From Spizellomyces punctatus DAOM BR117 (lineage: Eukaryota), in the NCBI GenBank assembly GCA_000182565.2, contig KQ257458.1: a stretch of DNA of 64,000 nucleotides; one strand, given 5' to 3'. Shown piece after piece: positions 51,534-64,000 of the stretch (position 1 is the stretch's first letter; every line of letters starts with the position of its first letter). Both the position numbers and the translations under genes were made by a program. The notes under the pieces are model-generated. The model made no database searches. It saw only the letters and a program-made list of their open reading frames with translations, and was not told the origin of the DNA.

Positions 51534-54500
51534 TCATACGTTCGGGAAAAGACTTAATCCTGCTCGCCCTATCTCTAAATTTTTATATGTCGAAGACGAT
51601 GCAGGAATGCTACCTTCCCTTTCACGTAAACGGCCGCTGCGCGGCCTGCGTTTTTCCTCCTAGGACGCAAATCAATCAGTGACCCAGCCGGCTTGGAAGT
51701 AACGGGACCATTCGTCAAGTTCAAATCCAGTGTCCCTTACCCTCTTCAGGAAGGACAAGATGATGTCGCTTTCATCTCCGTTGCACTTCCTACGTTCACG
51801 GGCCGCTTGCAATTCCGCGAGACCTTTGAGGCGAGCCTCGTTCCTTTGTTCTACTATTTCTACTTGACTTGCTGGATCATCGTCATTTATACCTTTGGGT
51901 TCATTTAGATTGGCCCGCTATCCATCTTTCTGCAAGAGGTAAAACACTTACCAAGTCTGTTATCGTTTCTTCTCAATGTCACGAGGGGTTAGATATCACC
52001 ACTGCTATACAAGCGGGACATACAGAATACATACGAGACACCAAACTCTGCGCGGGACTGTATCGTCACGTCTTTTTGTAATTTACTGTTCTGCTGATCT
52101 ATCGGCCCGTTCCTTTTGACGAGTCCAAGTTCGTATCAGCCAATTGGTGTTGTACATCCAAGCTCAACATGAAAACCTACCGGCCACCGTTCCGTAGAAA
52201 CACGAGTTTGCTATCTGACTGCAAAGCGTTGTCCTAAATATCACAATGAGATCGAGATGCATTGGCTATACCACGAGGTTGATCCATTGGCATCAAATGA
52301 ACTTACAATGTCGGCAGAATACGTTCGATCATCTGCTTTCCTTGCTCTTGTTCGTCTGTGAATCGGTGGTTAAAACGCATGCTAACGTCTTCCGTTGGTC
52401 GATGGTATATAACTCACCGCTCATCGGCTTCTCCGTCTCTGAGAAACTGTTCGATCATCAGCTTCCTCCGCTCTCGATCAGCAGCGGTACTCACGACCAA
52501 ATTGTCAGCTTCCGTTCCTTTTTGCTCTACTGTTGGTGACATTTCACGAGCTGAGTTTTCATTCACTAAGAATGCGTTTTGGCCCTCTCGGAGTCGCCGC
52601 AACTCTTTATCCTGTTGTTCCAAGTATGCTCGTTGTTGGGCTAGGATACTATCGGGTAAAAAAAAGGCTTAAAATCCACGCTAACAGATGACTTTCCCGA
52701 AAGCTTTTCACCCACGATGGTTTGGCAAACATTTGCCCGTCGTCTCGTGATGAAGGTCTCTTATCCTGAAACGAGTCGAAGCGCTGACTTTTGTTTCGCG
52801 TATGGATTTTACTTGCACTATTTCGCCGCGATGCTTGATGTCGTGAGAGGTTATCCTCACTCTTCGCAGGTGGTATGGAATCCGAGGCGGAGTATTCTGG
52901 GAACACATGGCAATACCTAAGTATTCGAACGACAGGGAATTATAAGCAGTCTTACCTGGAGTTTGCGTAGTTCTCAAGGATGAAGTTATGCCATGTCCTG
53001 TGGGCAAATCTTGCGATACTGTTTGCTTGGTATTATCTATGCTGAACACCTGATCTGATGAATGGAGCTGAGACTGGATAGCTCGGTCTTCACGTTCTAG
53101 TTCCTATTTGTTTATGCATCAACCAGTAGTCAATACGCTGAGACCAACTCTAGGTATAATGTTAGTTACAACCTGCTGAATGGCAATCAGTTGGTCCAAG
53201 ACAGCTTTAGTCTCCGAAGTTTCGTTTTGCACCACCAGCTTGAATATAAAATATCTCAGTCAATGGTCTATTCCGCTACCATCATCCTAATGATATCACT
53301 TTCGGCGTCTAGCATTGAGCGATTCTACCTTCTCTTTCTCCTTTCCACCACTTTTCGTTCTGGGTTGTCTTTCCGTTTTGGGAGCCCATACCATCTGTTG
53401 GTCTGGTTCCTGTGCTACTGGTGTGGTGGCTGGCGGGCCGATCGAATGGATTGATTCTTCCGCCATGTTTGATGCTGTTGCGTGACCTCGTAAAGTGGGT
53501 ATCGGGGGAGAGTTCGTACGAAAAGTCGGAGGCGGTTCGGCTGGTTCCGCAGGCACTGCGCTTACATTGTCCGGATTGGATCCAAACCCCTTATTGCGGA
53601 GAGTTGGTATGGGAGGAGACTCTGAGCGAACTGGGGCTGCTGATACTCTATTGGATGCTATTTGCAAAAGGACCTTGGTGAGGCACGAAAAATATCTGTG
53701 GTGTAATTGGGCGGTTGCGCGACTAACTTTCTGGAGTTGGCACAGGGCTCTTCATTGTTCTTTTTCCTACTTTACTGGCTTGAGCGGCTAAATGAGCTTC
53801 CTTAAAAGCTCGCTCCCTTCGTTCCTGCTCAGCCGCCCGTTCAGCCGCTTTTTTCTCGTTCTCTAAACGTGCTTCCTCCTAGTGATAGGATGTTACAGCA
53901 TCTTGAAAACAAGACAATTGAAACGGACGCGCGTCACTACCTCTTTCTTTCGAGCTTCTTCCTGCTCCTTGGCATACCTCAGCTTCAGCTCCTCCTGTTC
54001 CTTAAGAATACGTGCTTGTTCCCGCTCTTCCTCCGCCTTCCGCTCTGCTGCTTGCCTCGCTTTCTCTGCGTCTCGCTCTGCCACCTGTCGTCGCAGCGCC
54101 TCCTTGATAGGTGTTTGCATTAATTGCTGCCAATTACCTTTACTCATACTATTGGACCATACCTGATGATTCTGCTGAATTTGTTGCTTACGTATCAGCT
54201 CCTCTCTTTCCGTGGCTGACATTCCCTCTATGTTGCGCTGACCTCTTTGGAAGCTCTTCTCTAAGGTTTACGACATAGACGGTTACAACAGTGTCTAAAG
54301 CCACATACACCGATAGACCAAGATCTAACCTTTACCAGGAATAGGCGGCAGGGGAGATTGCTGACTTGCAAATAACGGCGGCCTTGGAGTTAAAGAGTCA
54401 GTGAAATTGGACATGCAGTCAGGCTCATAGCAGGCTGATAACTACCCGGTCGATGGATTCGCGGCGAATCCAACGGTCGTGCTTTTTCCGGGATCCAGAA

Positions 54501-56475
54501 ATGTATTCCCACCCTCTTGTAGCACATGTGAAGCTCCCAAGCCATTTTGTAGCTGCACTAGCTGGCGTTGTTGAAATCCGCTGGTACCCAATTGACCCTA
54601 TGACAAGCACGCATAAACAGCTGCATTCACTTGGCCAAACGGCGGCGCATATTACCAGTCGCTCATCAACCACAACATCTGGTTTCCTCAATGGAGCTCC
54701 GGCCCCAGCACGGCCCCACGGATTGTATTCTGCAATTTCTCGATCTTTCTAGCTTCCGTGGAGAGAAGGCAGGGCTTGAGATCCCTGTTATTGACCCCAA
54801 ATGTGGTACAATTGTACCTTTTCATCCTGGGATTTCCAAAATGTCTTTTCCGATTCAAGCCTGTCTCTCTTCTGTTGTATCTGATTTTCTTGTAGGACAG
54901 AATTTCATGAGGATATAATGTGAGATCCTTGAAAACCTTGAGTACAGCGTGCGCAACCAACCTAGGTCTCGTAGGTACTCAGATTTCTTAAAACGGCAGC
55001 TTTTTCAGATTCCAGTACGTATCAAATCCTCTTCACAGCTGTAACCTACCGATGTTCTCCTTTGTCGGGTGCTCTGGTCCGGCGGTTGAGCAGAAGCAGG
55101 TGGCAACGGGTTCCCTAACCCTCGGGCACGTACACCGACAGAGGAGGTGGTATGCTCTCCAATGAGTGGGTTGCCCTAGATAGCCAAAACTTTAGGACAG
55201 CGCACAGTATTTACGCTACTACTGTACACTTACCCCTAAGCTATAGCCGGGTTGACGTCGAAATGCTCGCTCCTGGTCTTCAGCATGTCTCCTTTCCGCC
55301 ATCTGGCGTTCTGGATATATTCAAGTTAAGGATGCCTGGTATCGTGTGGCAACAAAAGCTGGGCTGTACCTAAAGCAGCAGCGTATTGATTTGATTTTGA
55401 GTCCATTTGTGTGGAAAATCCCCTTTTTTGCTGCTCTCTCGGATCCAATCTCGGTTGTGGGTTCCTTTGCTAAGGGCAATGGATGATTCATGGGTGAGAA
55501 TGCTCGCAAGTCAGAACTCTACATCTTTGTACCTCAGGTTGAAAGCCATTCTGTGGTGGGCCCGCCTTTGAGAGATACACGTCATTACACCACGGATTTA
55601 CTAGGAATGATATCTTAAACTTACGTTGAGGTAGCCGAGTCCCCGCATATCACCGTACCCATTCCGTTCATACGGGTTAACTGGGGGCATGAGTCTCAAA
55701 TCGGGTCCATAGCCACTAGATGGTGCATATATGTTATTGCCGCGATAGAACTCATCATAGTAAGGCCGCTCGAAATGCATCCGAGAATCTGGCCATGGAG
55801 CATTCCAGCGTGGGGGATTCTCGGGTATTGGGGGTATCGGTGTACTATATGCGTACGGTCCGGAAGGACCAAATGGTAGTATTGAAGGTTGGTTGCTAGA
55901 AAAGGAAATCAGCTTCAACAAATTGTCTACACTAATTTTACCAGCGAAACTACCTTGGCCACATCCCGTTCGGGAACGTGGTTGAGTGCATGTTTGGCAA
56001 ATGACTATTCCCCTGACTCTCTCGCAGCTCTTGCTCATGTCCTTGTGTTGCTGCTTTGACCGCGTTAGTTCGTTACCGATCAAACACGTGCATAAACGAC
56101 GAAATCCTCACAGTGATATGGTAGACGCTCTCGTTGATTGTCCCTCGCATGAGAAACCCCCGTATTTTCAGCAGATTCCACTTGATGATTCGCCTGGCTC
56201 CTTCCGGCACCTCCGCGTGTTGCATCGATTATGGACGTAGTCACCTCGCTTTGTCTTCTTCTCAGACGCCGAAGCCGCGGGTTTTCTTGAGCCTGGGCTG
56301 CCAGAAAGCTTTGCATGTCATTTTGCAGTTCCTGTCGGAAGCGCTGTCGACGAACATCTTCTTGCTCCGAGGTTCCCAGAGGACCTGGTCCTAGCTTGGC
56401 TGCAGGAAAGTGTAATGCTGCAGCCATATTGTCATGCTCAATTCTAGAGTCTCGCATGCCTGGATACACGTTCAC
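51534..56475 (-). CDS. Large coiled-coil centrosome/cilium protein, CSPP1/CCDC66-like; many exons, ends approximate
   Basis: EALRRQVAERDAEKARQAAERKAEEEREQARILKEQEELK coiled coil; repeated SPPIPTLR; C-terminal VEQRNEARLKGL..SDIILSFL resembling the CSPP1 C-terminus. Confidence 0.6.
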
Positions 56476-56645
56476 GATCGCGCGTAAGGTTTGCTAATCA
56501 ACAAATCGCGGGGGTGCCCGTGCCTTTCAGCCATATTTGGCACAGTCGCCCGCCTCCTATCGCCATCTTGCATTGTCATCGCTTTCATCAACGGTCTTTT
56601 TTTACTTGTTTTTATTAACCACCTTCTTTCAACGAGAGTAACACG

Positions 56646-57598
56646 ATGGCGAATTGGAGCGAACGTCCACTTTCCAACACCTTGGTTCTTTTTGACGTGG
56701 ATGGGACGTTAACCCCTGCCCGCAAGGTTTGCGCGACATGAAATGCTGCGATAACTCGCCCATGCACGATATTCATAGTGTCCTTTTCAATGTAGACCAT
56801 TTCCCCAGAGATGAAGCAACTCCTTGCTGACTTGCGAAAGAAAGTGGTCATCGGGTTCGTTGGCGGCTCTGACTTGAGCAAGCAGAAGGAACAGCTCGGG
56901 GACGATTGTAAGTTGGGATTCACAAGATGGGAGAGGAGCTCGCACGCACTGTTGATTCATTAGCATTCTCTTCTAGGCCTAGAAAACTTTGACTTTTGCT
57001 TTTCCGAGAATGGCCTGACTGCATACCGTAGTGGCCAGCAATTGGCGTCTCAAAGCTTTATTAACTGGATTGGCGAGGAACCATACAAGAAGCTAGTCAA
57101 CTTCATTCTCAAGTACATTGCCGAGCTCGACATTCCAAAAAAGCGGTTAGTACCCATCTTTCTCCTGGTTTCCCTCAGGTTGTCTTACCTTATCCCCGCA
57201 GCGGCACGTTCGTCGAGTTCCGTAACGGCATGATCAATGTTTCTCCCATCGGGCGTAACTGCTCCCATGCTGAGCGCGATGAATACGAGGTCTATGACAA
57301 GCAACACAAGATCCGCGAGAAATTTGTCGAAGCGTTGAAGACAAACTTTTCGAACCTGAGCTTGACATACTCTATTGGGGGGCAAATCTCTTTCGACGTG
57401 TTCCCTACCGGATGGGATAAGACCTACTGCCTCAACCATCTGAAAAATGAGAAATTCGCCTCGATTCACTTTTTCGGTGACAAGACATTCCAGGGCGGTA
57501 ATGATTATGAAATCTACACTCATAATGACATTACTGGACATAGCGTCACTTCACCGGAAGATACAGCGCGTATTTTGAAAGAATTGTTCTTTCAGTAA
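56646..57598 (+). CDS. SEC53: Phosphomannomutase (HAD family)
   Basis: [50 protein letters not shown] and [15 protein letters not shown]. Confidence 0.98.
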
Positions 57599-57782
57599 GT
57601 TAGAAACTAGAACATATTCACCCTAGACGTACTGTAGCCACTATTGAGCAAAACTATGTTCAATATATTACAATATATAATTTGAAGACTCAGCTACAGT
57701 TAGCAATGAGAGACTTTTTTCATTTCTTTGTGCACATTCACATGTAATTAGAATTAGGTCGCAATATCCAATAGTAGCGCCT

Positions 57783-58543
57783 TTAAAATAGCGCTGTCAT
57801 CGCAGCAAGTGCAATGGTTGCAATGCCTCCAAATAGAGTCCACTGAGGAACAGCTGAGTAACCAGCACTTCCAGGAAGCGCAAGCGGGTTGCCTCCTGGG
57901 GTTTGGGTAGCGCCTCCCGCAGGCGCAGTAGCCGTAGCCTCGGGAGCGGGAAGTGCACAGTTCGGCGCGCCAGCGATGGCGTTCTGAGGGAACTTGGCCA
58001 AGGAATTGGCAAGGGTTTGCAGGTTTTGAGGACTGTATGGGATACCTCCACCGCACGGATTGAACACAGTGAAGATGGGCAAGCCACCTTGAGGTACACT
58101 GCTCGCCACGTAAATGAAGAAGATGGACGAGTTGTTAGGGATGGCGTCAGCACCCATGTTGTTGGGGCACTTTTGATTAGGGTTACCGAAGCCGGTCACG
58201 GTAATTTGCTGGCCAACAAAACCTCCCTGGCCGCGGTTATTACCAAAGGAAGCGTAAATACATTGAACGGCGATGGTCGCATTGTAATTCTGCGCCGAGC
58301 CTGGTGGGGTGTTGGCGTTATTGCCAACGACGGTACCGAGAATAGTGTACTGAGCTGTTCAAAAAGTCACCAACGTCAGCAAGTGTCCTTGACGTATCGC
58401 TTTGCGGGTGCAAACATACCTTGCGTCATGAAACACGGCAGGTCATTTGGCAAGCAATTTGGGACCGTTGGAGGAGGGGGCTGCGCTACGACAGCGCTCC
58501 CCAACAGGGCCACTATGAGAGTCAGAGCTGCAGAGATTTGCAT
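57783..58543 (-). CDS. Secreted, probably GPI-anchored protein with an NtA/TIMP-like OB-fold domain
   Basis: Signal peptide MQISAALTLIVALLGSAVVA; Cys-containing domain; Thr/Pro/Ala linker; GSAG omega-like site followed by a hydrophobic C-terminal tail. One intron (~58355-58419). Confidence 0.8.
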
Positions 58544-58771
58544 AATTTTGAGCGACGGCGATGGTAGGCGATGGTAGGCGATGGACAGAGTGTGCAAGAA
58601 GGTCCTTTTTCTTGGGATGAGGAAGTTCAAAGAGTCGCGAGTTTCAACAATGCCCGTGGCGGCTCGTGAAACTGGGTTACTGTGCCACATGATGCCATGG
58701 CAACAACATTACAGATGCAAACCGTCATTGATCGGCAGTAAGTTGGCTCAACAAATACCACCCAACCGACA

Positions 58772-59440
58772 ATGAACCCATCAAGAAACCTCTTCCGCCT
58801 GTCGTCTCGCGTGACTGCTTTCTCTCCAATTCGCACGCAGGCGCCAATTGTATGGAGACGCAACTTGTCCGATGAACTCAAGAGTAAGATCGACAAGGTA
58901 CGTGGGTTCCCTTTGTCGCAACTGATATCGACACTGAAGGTGCTGGCTATCAACATTAGGCCGTCAAGGAGCATGATGTGCTAGTTTTTATGAAGGGCAA
59001 CAAGGAAGCGCCACAGGTTAGAATACTTGCTTTTTGATAGCTTGTAAAAGTGGTTTATTTTCGTCTAAAACTGCTCCTGGGATCTTCTATTAGTGTGGCT
59101 TCAGTAGAGCAGTAGTACAAGTGCTGCAGATTCAGGGAGTCCAGGACTTTAAAACCGTTAACGTACTCGCTGACGATGAGGTTCGAGCAGGAATCAAGGA
59201 ATATACGTAAATATTAGTGTGCGTCAAGAAAAAGTTCTGCTCGAGGTCACTAACGTTGTCGTTTACGCTCATTCTCACAGATCCTGGCCAACGATTCCAC
59301 AAGTTTTTGTCAAAGGTGAATTCGTGGGCGGATGTGATATTATGATCAACATGCATCAGAGCGGAGAGCTGGACCAATTGTTGAGAGACAAGGGCGTCAT
59401 CAAGGCGGAACAGGGTGAGCAGGGGACAGAGGCGGCCTAA
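58772..59440 (+). CDS. GRX5: Mitochondrial monothiol glutaredoxin
   Basis: Presequence; [37 protein letters not shown]. Confidence 0.96.
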
Positions 59441-59551
59441 TTGTAGCTCGTGGAGAGTCAGAATGTAGGTTAGGAACATAGCGCAATTGAACAGCATCAT
59501 AGACTGGCAAGGTTGTCCTTTAGCGATAGCGGGCCCACTCATATTAAGATT

Positions 59552-61293
59552 TCACTTCCATATAAATTTCACAGACGGTTCTGTTTTCAATATTTCGTCC
59601 AACTCGCGCGCATTGCATCCCAGGATGGTACATAACTCATCATAATGTCTTCTTCCGTCAAGATAACGCTTCAACTGTCGATTGGGCGAGTCGCCAAGAT
59701 GCTCTCCGGGTCGTGCAAGCCAAACAGGATACTTGTGCACTCTGTACACGAAACCCTTGATAACACCATACAATATAAATCTCCTATATAATAGCTCAGT
59801 CAGCTTTGATTCACCGGAGCGCAAGACCAAATGCATTACCGAACATCGATATTTAAAGCCCACATATGGTTCTCCTCAGTCCACTCCCGGATAGACAATC
59901 CAGGTTTCAAAGCACAGTACAACGAAAATAATAGCGCAAAAGCTGGAGGACTTGATTCGGGCTGAGCGACAAACTGAACGCATTCTGCCTGTGATTCAGG
60001 AGAACGAAGCAGATAGCTGATGGATGGACGGATAGCGTATACATTGCCAAACTAGTGTGGTAACAAAGAATCAATGAATTGTTAACAGCTCTTACGATTC
60101 CGTCCCCCCATCCAATCGCTTTTACATCGCAGTAAGATCAATGAGATAATGCTTCATACCTGGAAAATATCAACAAGCTTGACGCAGCCGTAATACCTTC
60201 ACAATCATAGAAATCAATAAGAATGGCACTGTTCGCGAATATATCGAGTACCTACAACAAATGCTGAATCGCTATCCGAACGAGTGTCACGTCTACGTCG
60301 GCAATCTCTGCGATTTTTCTTACAAAATGTACGCCATTTATATGCGGTACTATCTGGAATTCTTTGGTCATCAAGGCGCCAATCTCTCGGTAAGAACAAG
60401 CAGTACTTACTCGTCGCATAGTCATATCCCAATACTTGTCCATCACCTTTTCGAGGTCAACAATGAGGACAGGGACCTGATAGTCGTGAACTGGAGGTGG
60501 GTCTGGATACTTTGGGAATAGCTTAATATTGATCATATTGGCATCGTCTACAAGACATAAGCCAAACGGTGTTTGCCGTGATATCCTCATGGACATGAAT
60601 GGACTGCAGAGTACACCATACTTATCGGTATTTGACACTCGGAGTATGAGTTCAAGTCCTCCAGCAGCTGTTCCATAATGTTCAATATCGCCCCCTTCGT
60701 ATTCGCATTGGACAGGAACTCGCTTTCCACCTTTCAGCATGAGCCGAGTTGGAAGGTGTTAGAATGAGCCTGCTTTTGTCTTAGTGTCGTCCTGCGCGAC
60801 GATCTTGGGTACACACCTCCAAAGACTTTAACACCCTCGCCATCTTCCGAACCACTTGTTCATAACTGATCGTGTTTGCGTCTTTCTCAAACACAAAGCA
60901 TAGATTAAAGAGTAATGCGTTTCGCTCGTACTTTTGGTCTTTAATGGATACGGGATAACCCATTAACTTGTAATACGGCGTAGATATGGTGACGAGTCGG
61001 TTACAAAGCTCTGGTTTTGGGATGATGTATTCTGATATGGAGTCAAAGTCAAGGATGGGTTCAGGTGCGCTGGGCTGAGACATTAGTGTTGCGGGCGGAA
61101 GTGATGGGGAGGAGTTGGAGGTTTGGGCTGACTGAAGACTGATAGCCGTAGACGCTCCATGGGAGGTGGAGGAGGCAGATGCTGAAGTCACAAAGTTTTC
61201 GGGAACTTCAAAGGTGACTTTGGGCCCTTGAGTTGGGTGAAATTCACTGTAGAATATGGCTAGAAGCAGAGGAAACCCTTGAAATGAGTCCAT
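59552..61293 (-). CDS. NPR2: GATOR1/SEACIT subunit NPR2 (NPRL2)
   Basis: IFYSEFHPTQGPKV, ISEYIIPKPELC, KYERNALLFNLCFVF, INIKLFP and RRFILYGVIKGFVYRVHKYP. Confidence 0.96.
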
Positions 61294-61393
61294 ATTTTTG
61301 AGATGGGGGATTGCATCGCGAGCACTTGGAAGATGACAAGCTACCGCGCCCACGTGAACGCGATGACAAGCTGAGTCACCTGACTGTAAGCTC

Positions 61394-61408
61394 TGTGTGT
61401 GTGTGTGT
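61394..61408. repeat. (TG)n microsatellite in the NPR2/NYN divergent intergenic region
   Basis: TGTGTGTGTGTGTGT, with shorter TG runs nearby (61430-61457). Confidence 0.8.
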
Positions 61409-61604
61409 TTTGACTTCCGGTCCTCGGCCGTGTGTTTGGGGCGTATGATGTGTGTGTGGGTTTGGAAGGAAGAAAGGCGCAATCGCAATCTTGTCCATAA
61501 AAGAAGGGAAGCGCAAGCGTCCTCGTTCGTCTGGACTGAATAAGAAGAAGCAAAGGATAAATACGAAGCGGAACACTTGCACATAGGGAGCTGCATTTGC
61601 CATT

Positions 61605-62953
61605 ATGTTTGGAATAGGGTCGTTTCAGCCCTTCAGGAATGAACCGTCGGTTCTACAATTCTCTCGTCCGCCTTCGGAACATGGGCGAGGTCAGGCGGCT
61701 ACAGCTCAAGGCTCCCGTCAAGGCTCCCCAGTGGCCGTTTTCTGGGACTTTGAGGTGAAGTAGTGCGTAGGCCTGAACTTCTACCTAAGCAGCGTTACCT
61801 ATTATCTCTGTTGCAGAACTGTCCGCCTCCTCGGTAGGCGTCGGTTCCATGTAATTTCCCTGCCTGACAGGGCTGACATTAATAACTTTAAACAGTGGGC
61901 TTTCTGGGTATGATATTGCGGAGAGTTTAAGAAGAGTTGCTCATACTTGTGGACCTCTCACATCTTGCAAGGTACTTGAGTCTCTATCTCTATTGCGCGT
62001 GGATAGATTTCGAATTGCTTTTTGTTGATGGAGTAGGCATATATCGAAGGATTTGAGAAGCATATGCCGAACAAGAGCCTACGTACGGAACTGCAAAGCT
62101 CTGGCATTTCCCTCATAGACTGCCCTGCCAACGGTGGGAAAAATGTAGGTATGTCAGCCTTTTTGGTACAAGCACATTTTAACGTGAAAGTCTTCACATT
62201 TCAAAATTTGCAATAGCGGACCAGATGATGATAGTTGACATGATGGCGTTTGCGCTGGACAATAGGCCGCCGGCCACCGTTATCCTGATTTCAGGAGATA
62301 GAGACTTTGCCTATGCACTCTCTACGCTCCGGAATAGGCAGTACCATATCATTCTCCTCACTGGGAAGCAAGGGGCTCACTTGTCACTAAAGGCACAAGC
62401 CCATGAAGTCTTGGACTGCAGGGTAGATGTCTTGAAGATGGGTGATATGGCCATGGACGATGCTAGCACTGGCAATGCTGGAAAGCAAAAGGGCCTGGAC
62501 GGGCAACAGTCTGGTGAGAGTCCAATATCCGACGACCATGCTAAAAATGCTGCGAACCCGAAGGTGATCCCCAGAAGCGCTTTTGATCTGCCGGTGCAGT
62601 CCACTTGTGACGGGCAAAGTGGCACTGTGGTTGCATCATCTTTTGTGGCATCACAAAGTGCCTGGAGGCAACATGACGATACTATTTCCACTATTGCAAA
62701 AGTAGCCTTCCCCCTGGGTTCCGTCCCTGCGTCCGTGCACCTTCTCGTCAAAATTCTCAATGAATTTAAATATCGAGGGGACCGACGGCCCCTGCGGTCC
62801 AAAGTTGGACTTGCCATCCTGGACAGAGATCCACTGATCTATATCGGTGAGGTGAAGAACTTTACGGGTCTCGCAATGAATGCGGAAAAGTTGGGACTCG
62901 TCCAATTGGGGGGTGAGGATGGGCATGCATGGATTTCTTTACGTGGAGCCTAA
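61605..62953 (+). CDS. NYN (PIN-like) ribonuclease domain protein with C-terminal wHTH/LOTUS-like domain (MARF1/limkain-like)
   Basis: VAVFWDFE/NCPPP (micro-exon), LRTELQSSGISLIDCP, DQMMIVDM and LISGDRDFAYALSTLR. Confidence 0.9.
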
Positions 62954-63124
62954 GTCGTGACCAGATATAGCGCTCCACAAAGTCCATCTCCAGAAGACTG
63001 TTACTGCTCAATTTAGAGCAATGCTTGCCTGTCTGAGGAAAAACACTTCACTTGTATATGTTGCTGTAAATCATCGTGGTGATTATATGCTCATTTGTAA
63101 ATCATAGACTCACCCAATTCAAAT

Positions 63125-63170
63125 AATATGTATAGCTTCCTCAGGTGAATATGTATAGCTTCCCAAAGTG
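63125..63170 (+). repeat. 23-bp tandem duplication
   Basis: AATATGTATAGCTTCC(TCAG/CAAA)GTG at 63125 and 63148. Confidence 0.75.
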
Positions 63171-63312
63171 CTGAGCCTATTCACGTAGCCTGCCGCATTT
63201 GACATAGGTACCCCCGGCTACAGCTGACCTTCCTTTCGCTTCGTCTATCCAGAGTCCATTACCACAACGTTCCAAAAAGTCTTTGTCTCAAAAACACCGT
63301 GACTTACAAGAT

Positions 63313-63846
63313 ATGGCATTAAGAAATGACGGTAACAGCCAGCCTGCTCACAGCTTTGCTTTACAGCGCAGGCGACGGACACGACGCAAGAAAGGCGTCC
63401 ACGCAGATCGTTTACAGGTTCGTTCACAGATTTGATTCCTATCTTCACCTATGGATGGTCGGCCTAATTGATGGGATTTTGTTCCGAAAAAGCCGTATGA
63501 AGGCTACAAGTTTACATCTGAATCGGAGGCACTCCTTCAAGCACTCGTCACGATGAACGGCAACCAGTGGATCAAAACTGCTAAAATCTTCAACCGGCTT
63601 CACCGCGTGCTAGCAAAAGATGTGCGTAGGCAGTGCGAGTACCGATTTGTGGAGCCAGCCAATTGGCCTGCTCATTTTAGCTTTCCGGTACCGTTTTCCC
63701 CTGAGGACCATGCACTCATTGACATTTTGGTGATGATTCATGGCACTGATTGGCGAAAGGTTGCTAAAAAGTTCAATGAGGTCCATTGGGTCCCCGCAGC
63801 GACCCTTCGAACTCACTGGAAGCTAACCAGGCATAGGGACGAATAA
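63313..63846 (+). CDS. Small two-repeat Myb/SANT-like protein
   Basis: FTSESEALLQALVTMNGNQWIKTAKIF and FSPEDHALIDILVMIHGTDWRKVAKKF..LRTHW. Basic N-terminal exon RRRRTRRKK; putative intron 63418-63492. Confidence 0.65.
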
Positions 63847-64000
63847 CTTGCGCTCCAAATCACAAAACCTGCCACCGCAAATTGGACAAGTGCTGGACAA
63901 TGTTTACAATATATCGTTTTTCGCGGTTTGCAATATTTCCGTTGTACATACGTGTAATGCATCAATACATCACCTGTCAGGGATAGGGTGTTTAAGTCCA

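Noticed and set aside
58691-58704. RFX X-box-like palindrome GATGCCATGGCAAC (also GTGGCCATGGAAAC at 26299)
   Set aside because: These flank non-ciliary genes, while IFT20 lacks a clear copy; function cannot be supported from sequence alone.

Overview
Gene-dense, intron-rich eukaryotic DNA with short (~55-75 nt) GT-AG introns and CTRAY branch sites. The fungal-type housekeeping genes together with ciliary genes (IFT20, CSPP1-like) point to a flagellated, chytrid-type fungus; this is inferred, not checked. About 33 protein genes were reconstructed by hand across exons. Several are not visible in the ORF track: IFT20, an Abraxas/FAM175-like gene, RPP30 and a 52-aa BRAWNIN/UQCC6-like microprotein. 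The most interesting signals are: (1) a non-coding, doubly nested tandem array of covarying hairpins with a cloverleaf-like head at 38102-38668, a candidate structured ncRNA or novel repeat element; (2) a U12-type AT-AC minor intron in VPS11; (3) a GPI-anchored secreted protein resembling the agrin NtA domain; (4) an intronless, GC-rich AAA ATPase that is an HGT candidate; (5) a decayed locus with a pattern like a beta-class DNA amino-methyltransferase; (6) a structured RPL30 intron. No tRNA, rRNA, CRISPR array or intact transposon was seen. Spans of multi-exon genes are manual reconstructions, and family assignments come from remembered motifs, not database searches.
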